64,000 nt of DNA from positions 74,588,001-74,652,000 of the forward strand of contig NC_058368.1 in the NCBI RefSeq assembly GCF_018350175.1, given 5' to 3'. The notes under the pieces were generated by a model that was not told where the DNA came from, ran no database searches, and was given only the letters and a program-made list of their open reading frames with translations. Made by a program: the position numbers and the translations under genes. This document shows, in pieces, positions 12,694 to 25,305 of the stretch (positions within the stretch are counted from its first letter, which is position 1; each line of letters opens with the position of its first letter). This DNA is from Felis catus (Eukaryota).

Positions 12694-13876
12694 CAGATTT
12701 CTTGTAGTAAAGTCTACACCCAGAAAACCTATCTCATAACAAACACATTTATCAAAATTCATAGTGGGCTTTACTGGGAAATATTTAGAGGTATGACCAC
12801 TAGCATTCTTATTCAATACACAAGTCTGTATTGAAACAGTTTAGATTTTATAATACTACAAACTTCAATTCAACAGCTTGTGAAATACAAGAAATATTTA
12901 ATTTCATAGCAAACAGCTTTACTTTTTCCTGGATACCTATATAGTTTTTATTACTGAACTTTCCAGTACAAACAAGTTTCCAGAGCTTCAAATGTGTTTT
13001 GAGCATAATGTTACTCAAAGCATACCTAAAGACTGTTATTAAACACACAGACACACACACACACAAACACACATACTTCACAATGATATCGGCCCCTGAT
13101 GAGCCAGATATCTATGGGCAAAATTAAGGCATCTGTCCTTAGCATACATCCATAGAATTCCTAACTAATCCTTCTCCAATGGAGATTTATTTTGAATTTA
13201 TGTCTTTGCCAATTTTTTTCTGTTGCTTTTTATTATGGCTAAGATTTAACGTTAATATGATTATTGAATTTCTCATATATAATAATTACTTTAATTATAC
13301 TTTTTGAAACTAGATACTGCTTTCCATACCTGCGAAACTCCATTTCAGCATCCTTACCCGTCACGACCTCTCTTTGCTCCTCTCTGTCTGAGGTTACAGG
13401 CCTCCTCAGAATTTCATCCGGTATTTTACATTGCTGATCTATGCATGATAGTAAGTATACACTAGAAACTAAGGTATACATTATAATTTAACTTTTGCTT
13501 CTTAGATCCTACCCCCTAAATACTTACTGATACCTGATAACGCACTCCTTCTTCGTAAGTCCGGATGACTGAGAGAATATTCATTCAATCATACCATATC
13601 CCCTCCTCATGGAACTTACCTAATGACCTCCCCATAGTCCTTTTTTCCTGGTATTAACTTTAGCATGAGGTGCACTGTCTCCCTTCCTGCTTCCCCATTG
13701 CTTTTCTTTCTGGGTCATTCTTGGAAACCACAACACCCACAAGGATGATCCACCCAATACATCACCATCAGTCTAGGACCTCTTTTGTTGTATCTTGTTT
13801 TCTCAAATGCACCCAGTCATCTTACTGTGCATCTCCCCGTGATCAGTATCTGTGTCATCTTTAGATCTTGGTTTCA

Positions 13877-14092
13877 TAAATTTTTTTTTCAACGTTTATT
13901 TATTTTTGGGACAGAGAGAGACAGAGCATGAACGGGGGAGGACCAGAGAGAGAGGGAGACACAGAATCGGAAACAGGCTCCAGGCTCTGAGCCATCAGCC
14001 CAGAGCCCGACGCAGGGCTCGAACTCCCGGACCGCGAGATCGTGACCTGGCTGAAGTCAGACACTTAACCGAGTGCGCCACCCAGGCGCCCC
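13877..14092 (-). mobile_element. CanSINE, young SINEC_Fc-like
   Basis: Full length; TSD tagatcttggtttca. Confidence 0.97.
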
Positions 14093-14213
14093 TAGATCTT
14101 GGTTTCAAATATTTGCTTTTGATTCACCTGTCTCTGGCTTCTCCAGCTGACCTACATAACTGTCCGTTGCAATATCCAAGGAATGCATTGACCTACCTCA
14201 TTTTTACTATATC

Positions 14214-14445
14214 TTTTTTTAAGTTTATTTATTGATTTTGAGAGAGAGAGAGAAAGAGAGAGAGACAAAGAGAGAACTGGGGAGGGGCAGAGAAAGGGAG
14301 AGAGGGAGAGAGAGAGAGAGAGAGAGAGAATCCCAAGCAAGCTCTGCACTGACAATGCAGGACTTGAACTCATGAACCTTGAGATCATGACCTGAGCCAA
14401 AACCAAGAATCGGATGTTCAGCCAACTGAACCACCCAGGAGCCCC
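14214..14445 (-). mobile_element. CanSINE, older subfamily
   Basis: gaatcccaagcaagctctgcactgac...; diverged TSD ctcatttttactatatct / ctcattttcacgatatct. Confidence 0.93.
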
Positions 14446-14929
14446 TCATTTTCACGATATCTTGACTCTCTTTACTGCCCCAACTTCATTTTTTGCACTT
14501 AGCACAGTAATCGCTCTCTTGCAAATGCCATTAACTTCCTTGCCCTCCTGAGTTTGGGGCCCACTCACCTGTGGAAATATCACTGTCCGGAAGCCCTGCC
14601 CCTCCCCACCCCCCACAGGGGCTGCCCCCCCACAGGGGCTGCCCCCCTCCCCCAAGCCATGGAAGGTTGCTTGAAAAAACTTCCACAAACTTGCAAGATG
14701 GACTCACATTAGGTTTATGACCACTGACCTCAGTCTCCCAACCATGGAGTAAATGCTTCTCCATTTCTCTAGTAAATTATCTTTTCCACTCACTGGGAGG
14801 ACAGTCTCCTTTCTTTTCAAATCAACAACTCCTCTGCAACCTGACTTCCTGGGATGAAACAAGGAAACCAGTCAGGAAATACCTCACTCTGCAATCACCC
14901 CTTTGACAAATCTGCCCTTCTGCCTTTGA

Positions 14930-16600
14930 CTTCCCTTCCTTCACAGCGCAATTTCTCCAGAAGTTTCCTTTCATCCTGGCCTCATTTTCTCATCTCCCAG
15001 TTTCCCCTCGACCGGCTCGGGGCAGATTTCCTGGACCACCATTCCAGAGCCTCTCCTATACAGTTTGTCAAACCTAAAGGTCACTTCTCTGTCTTCCTGT
15101 GCATTATATCTTGGTGTCATTTGACACTCTCTTTTTCATAAAGTTTTCTTTTCTCCACTCCCTTCACGTTTTACTCAAGCACTGGTGCTCCAATTTCCTT
15201 TGTCAGTAATTTTTTCTACCTTATCAATGCACTGGATACAGCTGTGTCCTAGGGCTCCCCCCTCCCCCTCTAGTCTCTATATTGGCACTCCCTTCCGAAG
15301 TTACCTTATCTGTCCGGTGACTGCAAATAGCATCCATACGACCTGCTGGTGCATCCACGGTCAGCCGCACAGCCCTATTCTGTAACCATCAGATGCCTAC
15401 CTCCAGCTTCCTACTTGCTGTCTTCACTGGGACATGCACTGAGTTTAGACAAAGCAGAGAAAATGGTTTTCTCTTCTGTTAATTTCTTCCCACCCCTCCC
15501 CCTCCAGGACTCGCCCTTCACCAAATGTCATGACCGGTCACCCACCCACGCAAAAGAAGACCTAGCAGTAATTCTTTTTTTTTTTTTTAACGTTTATTTT
15601 GAGGCACAGAGAAACAGAGCATGAGCAGGGGAAGAGCAAAGAGAGAGAGAGGGAGACACAGAATCCGAAGCAGGCTCCAGGCTCTGAGGCATCAGCACAG
15701 AGCCCGACGCGGGGCTTGAACTCACGGACGGTGAGATCATGACCTGAGCCGAAGTCGGACGCTTAACCGACTGAGCCCCCCCAGGCGCCCCTAGCAGTAA
15801 TTGGGCGTCTTGATTCATCTCTTTGGCTCATACCCATTCCATCAGCCAGTGCTGTGACCTCCACTTTCAAAATGCCCAGAATCAAACTGCGTCCCCCACC
15901 CCCATGGCCACCCCCAAGTCCTCGCCCTCATCTCTCACCTGGAAGATGCCCACCGCGCGGCCTGGCTCCCTCCTCCACACTTGACCTGCTCCTCCTCTCC
16001 ATACTCTATGCAGCAACCAGAGTCGTTTTTCTGAAACAGACATTATCATTCCCCTGGCGAATCCTCCAGTTGTTTCCTGTCACTTTGAAAACAAAAGCAC
16101 AGATTTTTATGGAGGTCTGAATGCTCCTGCCGGGCTGGAGGCCTGCTGGCTTCTCTGAGATGACCTGTTCACCGTGCCCTTTTGTCTACACTTCAGCCCC
16201 ACGGGCTGTTCTTGGGTGTCACAAAACCACCCAGATCTTTCCTATTAGGCGTTCTACCAACAAACTCCATTTCTTTCCCTTGGAATCCTCTTCCACTTCC
16301 TTTTCCGAAATTTTAAGCCAAGGCTGCCTCCATAGACAGGCTTTACTGGACCTTAATCCCCAAACCTTGGCCAACACCGCCCCTCAAAACCCTCCACCAG
16401 GTCACCATTGTACCCCATCCCTGGCCCTTGTTAGCAGCTGGGATTTTCTCAGTTGTGTATCTTTTCTGTTAACTTCCTAAACAGACTGCAGGCAAAGAGA
16501 GCTCAGGAGTTTCAACTTTCTCTAGGCCCTGTGGACCCAGTTGTCAGGAGGAGTTTGGAATGTGGCATGTGCCTCAAAAACACTTAGTTTTTGTCATCCG
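14930..16600 (+). mobile_element. L2 LINE fragments, interrupted by a SINE
   Basis: ccatcagccagtgctgtgacctccactttcaaaatgcccagaatc...catctctcacctgga...gcagcaaccagagt...cctccagttgtttcc follows the L2 consensus order. Confidence 0.7.
15574..15791 (-). mobile_element. CanSINE (felid)
   Basis: Full length; TSD tagcagtaatt. Confidence 0.96.
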
Positions 16601-16711
16601 CTGATGACACCAACATTTACTGAGTAACTCACCACCTGTGAAAGTGATTTCACATAATATGTTTGTTGTATTTTAACTCTCATAAATACTTGGACTTATT
16701 TCTCTAAGTTC

Positions 16712-16926
16712 TTTTTTTTATGTTTATTTTTGAGAGAGAGAGGAGGGTGGAGAGAGACAGGGTGTGAGAGGGGAGGGGCAGAGAGAGGGAGACACAGAAT
16801 CCGAAGCAGGCTCCAGGCTCTGAGCTGTCAGCACAGAGCCCACTGCAGGGTTCAACCTCACGGACCTCAAGATCATGACCTGAGCCAAAGTCAAATGCTT
16901 AACTGACTGAGCCACCCAGGCGCCCC
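16712..16926 (-). mobile_element. CanSINE (felid)
   Basis: Full length; TSD tctctaagttct. Confidence 0.96.
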
Positions 16927-17433
16927 TCTCTAAGTTCTGAAGATGTGATTATATTGTTTCATACGAGTGATTTATAGGGTTGATGGATACCCTTGATTTT
17001 TTCCCAAATACACACACACTTAATGTTGACAATGTAACTCTTCTGCATGAACTTCTCAAGAGTTTATTCTGTCATTTCCACTCTTAACATGAGAGCAGAA
17101 TAAAATAAAACCCTGATGTAAATCTAAATAGAATTCTTTTAAGAATGTGAAAGAATTTGAAAAAAAAAAAAGATTCAGTGTTTGGGCATCAATAAAGCTT
17201 AAAAGGATGGTGAATTTATATTTTTTATATTGACAAACTAGGATTAAAAAAATAGATATATTAGCAACACTTATTCCCCCTCATTGAAGTGGTCTGTTTC
17301 AAACCACATTCACTTCAGTATCTGTCATTTGGGCAATGAAAATCATATGGTTGTGGCACAATAAAGAATCATAAGATAATAGTGTGAACCCTTAACAATT
17401 CAGAGAGACATGAATTTAAAACTTTTGTACACT

Positions 17434-17652
17434 GGGGCACCTGGGTGGCGCAGTCGGTTAAGCGTCCGACTTCAGCCAGGTCACGATCTCGCGGTCCGTG
17501 AGTCCGAGCCCCGCGTCAGGCTCTGGGCTGACAGCTCAGAACCTGGAGCCTGTTTCCGATTCTGTGTCTCCCTCTCTCTGCCCCTCCCCCGTTCATGCTC
17601 TGTCTCTCTCTGTCCCAAAAATAAATAAACGTTGAAAAAAAATTAAAAAAAA
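17434..17652 (+). mobile_element. CanSINE, young SINEC_Fc-like
   Basis: Full length; TSD aaaacttttgtacact. Confidence 0.97.
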
Positions 17653-19899
17653 AAAACTTTTGTACACTAAATGCAATACATATGCATGCAAAAATCTTTT
17701 CAATTGTGAGAAAAAATAACTCTGAAAAATTTAATCATTTATATATTTACCTGGAAAGAAGCACTGTCCAACTTTAAGGGGTTGTAAAGATATTTTTATC
17801 TTTTATTACATTTGTTTCATCATTCAAAAGAATTTTACATATTGCACATGCAATATTACGTATTGCAACACCATCTGTGTTCCGATATCCCCAAATATCA
17901 TTTAAGTGCACAAAGAATTATATCATAAAACCTAAATAGATGTGAGCAGAAAATAGTTTTATGCCAGATAAATTTTGTATTTGATAAGCTTTTATTATTG
18001 TTGTTGCTGACTATCTTCAACTAGTTGAAAGAGAGTATTCTTCCAATTTTTCAATATTCAGGTGTTTCATTGACAAGATCTCACTGATTAATTCAAGAAG
18101 ATTTCCTCCACGTAGTACTTTAATCCCATGTATTGTGTTTAACTGGAGTATGTTGGGAGGAGAGATCGTTGTTTGTGTTAATCTATTGAGTGAAAATGAC
18201 CTGGGGTAAATTATTTCTGCATTTAATTTAGCATAAGAGTTCTACATAATCTCAGACTTTACAATCATATGTGTGTTTCATAACTGTCTACTGTATTCAT
18301 AATTGTCTGCTATTTGCAGTTGTGGGATGTCTATGGGTAGGCATCCATATGGGTGATCACGTATGGAATAATTTTTAAATGTAACAAGGAAGAAGTAAGT
18401 TCTGATACAAATGAAGGGTTTGAGAAAAGTCCTCAGGACCAGCTGATTCTGTCACCATGCATCGTGAGATCAACTGTGGCCCCTGCTGCCTGGAATCCCC
18501 TCAGTTCCAACTCAGGAAACACATTATTCAAGCCCTACCCTTTGGGAAGCCCCTGCGGTTGTCCTCAACCCTTAGTTTCTATTACAAATGTAATGACCAA
18601 AGTAAAGGAGTCATAACAAGTTATGAGAACTTGTTTCTTCCCATCCTCCTGCACCATATAAAGATTGTGGGTGGTCCTGAGAGCCCGTACCACGTCTGGA
18701 AGTGCTAAGAAAAACCCCATCCTTTCTTTCTTGCAATATCAGACTTTACGTATGTGAGGAAAACCTCAAACTGCTCTACGGCCACACGTTGTTTGTGACA
18801 TGTATGTAATAAAACACCCAATCTGTTGTTCGAGGTTATTTTATCACGTTTACATTTCCCAGTGACCATCTGACTAGTCCAGGCTGAGGAAATCAATTGG
18901 AAGAATTTCTAAATATTAACAACAAAACACAGGGGTTGTTCGATCTGTTATCAAATTTTAGAAATCTGGAACAATCCCAAACCCTCCCCACATGGTCTGA
19001 ACTTGAACAGCTATACAAGATGTCAGGGGCAAATGGCAATGTCATGAACCATTCTTTTCATATCTTACATTCTGTTGGTATTATCACTTCACTCAAATAT
19101 TTGAAAAATGTCTGAGATCAGACATGTCAATCACCTGCCTTTGAAGGTGGCTCATAGAACTCGGGGCAGAAGATCCATCTGGGGGTGCACCACGGACTAG
19201 ACTCTGGGGGACCACACAGGCAGCAGAGAGATTAACATGTACGTTTCAGGGAAGAAGGTCAGACTCTGTGAACTCTGCTTTCTCGTTTATTTCTAAAACT
19301 TGATCCTGCATATGAAATCTGTCTCTCTTCTACAATCTAAACTGCACTCTGTTGAATTGAGATGTGAAAAGATAGTACATGTAACTAATTGGTAACTTAA
19401 AGATCCGTTTTTCCTTAACTCCTATTCTTTATATTATCCCCCCACAAGGTAAATTGATATTTCAGGCAAATAAGACTGCAAGAACGGTATTAGCTTCCAG
19501 ATTGCCAGATAAAAACATGAGAGTAACCTTTCAGAACTCTACAGAGTTGGAAGAAGAAAGGATAATGTATTTGCGTAGATAGCAATAATGGTATTTTTAC
19601 GGTAAGCACCTTTTGGGGGAATATTTGCTCAAAACCTTCAAGTAAACGACGGATAGACGTCCTGGATTTATTTTGCTGGGCAAATTCATATACGTAAATG
19701 AATGTATCCCAAAGATATATAAGAGCGTAAGAGATATTAACTGTGCTAATACAATAACCACCTTTTGTCACACAATAATGTTTTTCAAACACCACGCTTT
19801 CAGGGTAGCCAATTCGCTAACCCAATTTCTGGTTGGCAAGGACCTGGGTTTTAAGGTGCAGGGGACATGAGATCCTGAGTAACCTGTTTAGGAATCAAA

Positions 19900-21000
19900 T
19901 ACTGAAGACTGCAGTCATAATGACTGCACTCTAGCAAAAGTGTCCTCCCCTCAATTAACGTGACACAAAGTTACCGGAGTCATTAGAAGAAATGGCAAAA
20001 CCAGAACCCGCTCCCTGAAACAATAGAGTCATCGGCCCACTTTAGAGCCCCCTCTAATCCGATATGTCAGGCCCTAATCAGCTCTGTTTCACAGCGCTTT
20101 GCCCCATAAAAGCAGATTTGTTTAACCACAGCCTCTATTTCAGCATGAGTGCGGACGAAGAATAATGGACGAGCCCGGCAGATCTCACGGGTTATGTGAT
20201 GGGGATCAAGTGAATCCATCATTTGCTGGAGAAGCTGAGGAAAAGTGACAGGCTCATTCATGCCTTGGAGACATTTTTAGGTCTATTGAAAATTTTAATC
20301 TGTGCACTCTAGATGAACCCCCGCACTCCCCAATTTCCAGCGTGTAGCCATGTGTGGAATCTGTCTGCCTCAGATAGGGCAGGCGGGCTGCTGTAGGACA
20401 GCAAGCCCTCCGAGCAGTTTTCTTCTCTAAATGCATCCTGCCTTGAACTTCACACACACATATAAGCTCCATTTACAGAAGGATTTCAGAGTTAATTAAA
20501 CGCCGAATTTGTTTCTTTAGAAAGCACATATGCCTCGGGGTTAAGTAATAGCATTTCAGCAACTACTTTAATTTAGGATTAGGCATTCTGTACATTTTCG
20601 GAGGGAATTTTATTTTTATAAGGACACATGGAGAGAGATGGGGGGAAATTTCCCCCTCTGTTCCTACAAAAGCTTTTTAAAATCGCTTTGAAGAAGACAC
20701 CGTGTGCTGAAAGATGCTGCAAATCAGCAAATTCAAAATCATCTCTTACGGAGAAAGCACTGGAAACAGACAAATAAAGGAGAATGCTTGTAAAATGGCT
20801 GCTTTCCTGATAAGGCCGTCGAATGACTTCCATCAAAGGCCCCTAGCTTTGAGTTCCCTCTGCTCTGGGTTTGCTCTGAGCATGCCACGGTCATAATCCC
20901 AGAAGCACAATATTTACAAATATTTGGGTCAAAGATGACGGGTCAGATTTTTATTATCAAACTAGCAAGTCAAGGCTGACATAGATCATCTTACTCCCAC
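19900..21000. promoter_or_regulatory. Candidate enhancer / conserved non-coding block
   Basis: No recognisable repeat; retained CpGs; TAATCC/GGATTA x3, TGACAG, CCCATAAA and a palindromic kappaB-like site. Motif inference only. Confidence 0.3.
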
Positions 21001-22429
21001 TAAAGAGTCTTACACAGAACAGTAAATATTTTCATTCTTAATTTTCTGAAAGGTGGGGCCTTAGCAGTGAACAAAATGTGAACAAATGCAGAACAGAGCA
21101 AACCAGGGACCTGGTTTCATCCTCAGCGGATTCACTTCTGAAAGACTTTGCTCTAAAAGTTCACAGTAAATGTAGGACCTTGAGTTCACGGGCACAGATA
21201 CCTTTCAGCATCCTTCGTAAGAATGTTGCATTTTAGCAAAATGCCCAATCTGTGAGGTCCTCGATTGACAAAGGGCCAGAAAATATTTTCCAAAATAAAA
21301 TTTAGAAAAAAGGACGGGGGGGAAAAAGTACACTTAAAGTTTGGGAATACCCTTAACCTTTTTTCTGCTTATGTTTAGCATAAATTATTAATGAAATGGA
21401 AGCATTCAACACAGCGGGGAGTGCTTTCTTTTCCTAAGCTTTTTCATTGGCCGTAAAGTTGAAATGAAAACTGTTACAGTTTTGGGGGTAGAACTAGAAT
21501 TAGGCAACATTTGGTGCTTTCCGCAGTCCAATGAGCATATGGACTCTTGGAGGTAAAAAGTTCAATTCATGAGGAAGAACAGAGACAATGAAGGCCAGAA
21601 TGAGTACAGTAAAATAAAACAGCTCCAAAGCCCCGTTGGAATAAGCCCCGTCCATAAATCTTATTAATCAGGGATACATCACAATGAAGTGAGCAAGGCA
21701 GAAAAGCGTGTTCTAGTTCAGTGCCCAGATTCTTTATTATTTAAGAGAGGATTGAAAAAAGAAATGATTAGGGCTTTGAGAGATACAGAAATCAAGACAC
21801 AGGGAAACTTTTGTAGTGTGTACAACATAAACATGGGATGCTTTGAAGAAGCATAAATGCCCGTACAGAACGTGTCAAAATTTTACATTTGCATACATGC
21901 AGATTTTTGTCGGTTGCGTGAAAGTTTCTCATTGTCAGATGTGTCCGTATGTCATGTGGTTTCTATCGTTTGCTCCATTCAGATAAAAATAGCAGTCATT
22001 CCAAATGTATCTCCTGTCCAAATACATTGTTGAGAGTTTTAACTCTGGCACATTTCCTGTTTCAGTTCTAATTCATTTGGAAAAGAGCCCTTTTTTTCCT
22101 GATTTCTAAAAACAGACACTGGGAAAGGAAAGGAAATGAAGCAAACTAAGATGATCTAACTGTGAGTCGGTAAAGGCCTCGGAAAGCATTGTCATTTGGA
22201 AACTTTATCTTAATATTCAAGGGAAATCTGCAATTAAAATAAACTAACATAGATGAAATAACGCAAACATTGAAGAGAACTTAATTAGCCCACTACTTGA
22301 TAAAAATTGATGATTTTAATTGCTTTAAGGATTATGGTTTGGCAATCCGAAAACAAATAATTTTATAAAGCTTCACATCTATATATGTAGCAAAAATCAT
22401 TCGATTTTTACTTTTAATTGATTTCTGTT

Positions 22430-22665
22430 ATTATTATTTTTTAAATAACAGTAATAATTTTAACAATAATCATAATTTTTTTTTGAGAGAGAGAAAACAG
22501 GTCATGAGCAGGGAAGTGACCGAGAGAGAAAGACACAGAATGGGAAGCAGGCTCCAGGCTCTGAGCTGTCAGCCAGAGCCTAACGCGGGGCTCAAACCCA
22601 CGAACTGTGAGATCATGACCCGAGCCGAGGTCAGACGCTTAACAGACTGAGCCACCCAGGCACCC
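22430..22665 (-). mobile_element. CanSINE (felid)
   Basis: gaagcaggctccaggctctgagctgtcag...gccacccaggcaccc; tctgtt on both flanks. Confidence 0.93.
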
Positions 22666-23509
22666 TCTGTTTTTTAATTATAAAACAGCATAATGATTTT
22701 ACCAAACTTCAAGGTTATGCACACAGTAAGAAAGGAAAAATAACCCTATCTTACCATACTTAGAGATTCTAACATTTTAGAACATGTTTACCTTTCCTGA
22801 TTAGATTTCTCTTAGTGATCCACATAAACATACATTGATACATGTAAATAAACACAAAAGTGAGATTTTGCTGCAAATTTATATGAATTTCTTTTATGCT
22901 TTCACATGATACTGTATTCTATATGCTGACCTTGTCAGTAAGTATTTTCTCTGGGAACAGGAATTCTGGGAGCTTCATAATTCTCCAAGCTATAGATAGG
23001 GCTCAATTTAGTGGGTCAGATTTTGGACGTATTTAGGTTATTTCTTTTATCCCCATATTAATGATAATCTTTGCTATATTTCTTCTTTCTCTTTTTTATT
23101 CAAAATAGATCCATGATAAACTTTTAAATTGCCCATTTTATGGCACCTAATACAAATTTCTTAAATACAATTTCTAACATTATATGACAAATATATTGTC
23201 ATTGTTTTAAATTGCATTTTGGACTCTTCTAAGATTAACTGTTATAAATAGATACTTATGGGATTTTTTTATTTCATAGGATATCTATTTATATGTTTTC
23301 TGATTGATATTAAGACCTTTTATAGAATCACTGATCATATAATACCAATATTTTTCTTATATTTTAAAAGGTTAATTTTTTTGCTTATATGTAATTTCAA
23401 ATATAAAATAAAATGTGACATTTTAAATTATATTTTATGATTGTGCATAAGTGCTTGGAACATCTTCCCTTCACATTATGGAAATATTCACCCATATTTA
23501 CTTTATTAT

Positions 23510-23786
23510 TTTTAACTATTTTAAATTTTTTTAATTATTTATCTTGAAACAGAGGGAAAGAGAGAACAAGTATTTTAAATTTTTTTTATTATTTATCTTA
23601 AAAGAGAGAGAGGGAGAGAGAGAACAAGAGGGGGAGGTGCAGAGAGAAGGAGAGACCGAATCCCAAGCAGGCTCTATGCCATCAGTGCAGAGCCCAGTGT
23701 GGGGCTTGAACCCACAAACTGGAGATCATGACCTGAGCCAAGACCAAGAGTCAGATGCTCAACTGACTGCGCCACCGAGGTGTCCC
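23510..23786 (-). mobile_element. CanSINE, older subfamily, with duplicated 3' segment
   Basis: gaatcccaagcaggctctatgccatcagtgcagagccc...catgacctgagccaagaccaagagtc. Confidence 0.92.
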
Positions 23787-23964
23787 TATTTTTTTTTTTA
23801 ATTTTGTTTTGAATATTGCCTCACACTATCTACATATAATATATTTAGACATATGATAGAACAGAACTAATGTATTATTTTTAATAAAAGTTACTCAACA
23901 ACTATTTTTTAAACAATATATTTCTGGAATGATTGTTTTTCATAGTGTTGTCTTTACCATAAAC

Positions 23965-23968
<4 letters not shown>

Positions 23969-24038
<70 letters not shown>
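23969..24038. repeat. (TA)n(CA)n compound microsatellite
   Basis: Direct. Confidence 0.96.
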
Positions 24039-24041
<3 letters not shown>

Positions 24042-24434
24042 TAAGGTCTACTTTGACACTTTGGTTCTGGTCTATTAAATTCTTTCTTTCCAAGTCAAGA
24101 ACACCACATCTAAATACTATAGTTCTTTAAAATGTATTTTAATTCTGGTATAGCAAATCCTCCCATTATTATGATTTCAAAAATATATTGACAAATGATC
24201 TCCTTTAATACTTCCACAACCATTTTATCATAGTCTTAAGTAGCTCAAAATAATACTATACATTTATTATTATTTTCTTTTTATATTTCACTTGGGATAA
24301 GTCACAATTTAAAAATATTTTTAGGTTTGTTCATACAGTTTTATAAAATCCTTTCTCTATAGACAGATGATAGATAGATAGATGATAGGGAGAAAGACAG
24401 GGAAATATGCAAGTTAATTTTTAGGCGATGTGCA

Positions 24435-24633
24435 TTTTTTTGTTTGTTTTTTTGAGAGAAAGAGAAAGAGACCATGCATGAGTGGGGGACGCAGAGAGGA
24501 GGGAACAGCGGATCTGAAGCAGGCTGACACTGTCAGTGCAGAAAGCCCAATCCGGGGCTCGAACTCACGAACAGTGAGATAGTGACCCTAGCTGAAGTTG
24601 GATGCTCAAATGATTGAGCCACCCAGGCGCCCC
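24435..24633 (-). mobile_element. CanSINE
   Basis: ggggctcgaactcacgaac...gagccacccaggcgcccc; diverged TSD gatgtg(c/a)attttt. Confidence 0.93.
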
Positions 24634-24734
24634 AAGATGATGTGAATTTTTATGGCACATGTGAATGAAATCTTTGATGCCGATGCTTCTTAGTTATTAT
24701 TGCTAGAGTTTGGAAACTTTGTTGGTTTCTCTGT

Positions 24735-24820
24735 TTTCATTTATGATTGAGTATAGCTGACACGCAGTGTCACATTAGTTTCAGGGGTACAACTTAGTGA
24801 TTTGACAAGTTTACGCATTT
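24735..24820 (-). mobile_element. Short carnivore-type L1 3' terminus
   Basis: tgagtatagctgacacgcagtgtcacattagtttcaggggtacaacttagtgatttgacaagtt. Confidence 0.7.
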
Positions 24821-25084
24821 TGGAAATTTTTGAATTGAGTTCCAGGAGTCTTGATATATCTTAATTTTATTCCCTTCGCTTGTCTATGTAACATTAAATC
24901 TGCAAAGATCGTTCTTCGGTAGGCTGTTACATCAGTTAAAAATATCTACAATAAAAGCAGTACCCACTATGTCCTAATCACATGTCTAAGTGCCAGAAAG
25001 CACCAAAACACTACATTGGCCATCAAGGACTCTACAGGCTTATTTTTTACTATATTAACCCCTATTTTTTGATATTTCTGATTT

Positions 25085-25305
25085 ATCATTTTATTATTTA
25101 TTTATTTATTTATTTTTTGAAAGAGAGAGAGAGAGTGAGAAAGAGAAAGCGTAGAGGAGAGGGGAAGAGGGAGAGAAAGAGAATCCCAAGCAGGCTTCAT
25201 GCTCAGCACAGAGCCCGACACGGGGCTCAATCCCACGATCCTGGGATCGTGACCTGAGCCAGCATCAAAAGCCGAATGCTCAACCAACTGGGCCAGCCAG
25301 GGCCC
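25085..25305 (-). mobile_element. CanSINE, older subfamily
   Basis: gaatcccaagcaggcttcatgctcagcacagagcccgacacggggctcaatcccacgatcctgggatcgtgacctgagcc. Confidence 0.92.

Noticed and set aside
18897..19115. 72-aa ORF with protein-like composition (EEFLNINNKTQGLFDLL...)
   Set aside because: TTG start, no clear splice boundaries and no recognised homology; a BLASTp or tBLASTn search would settle it.
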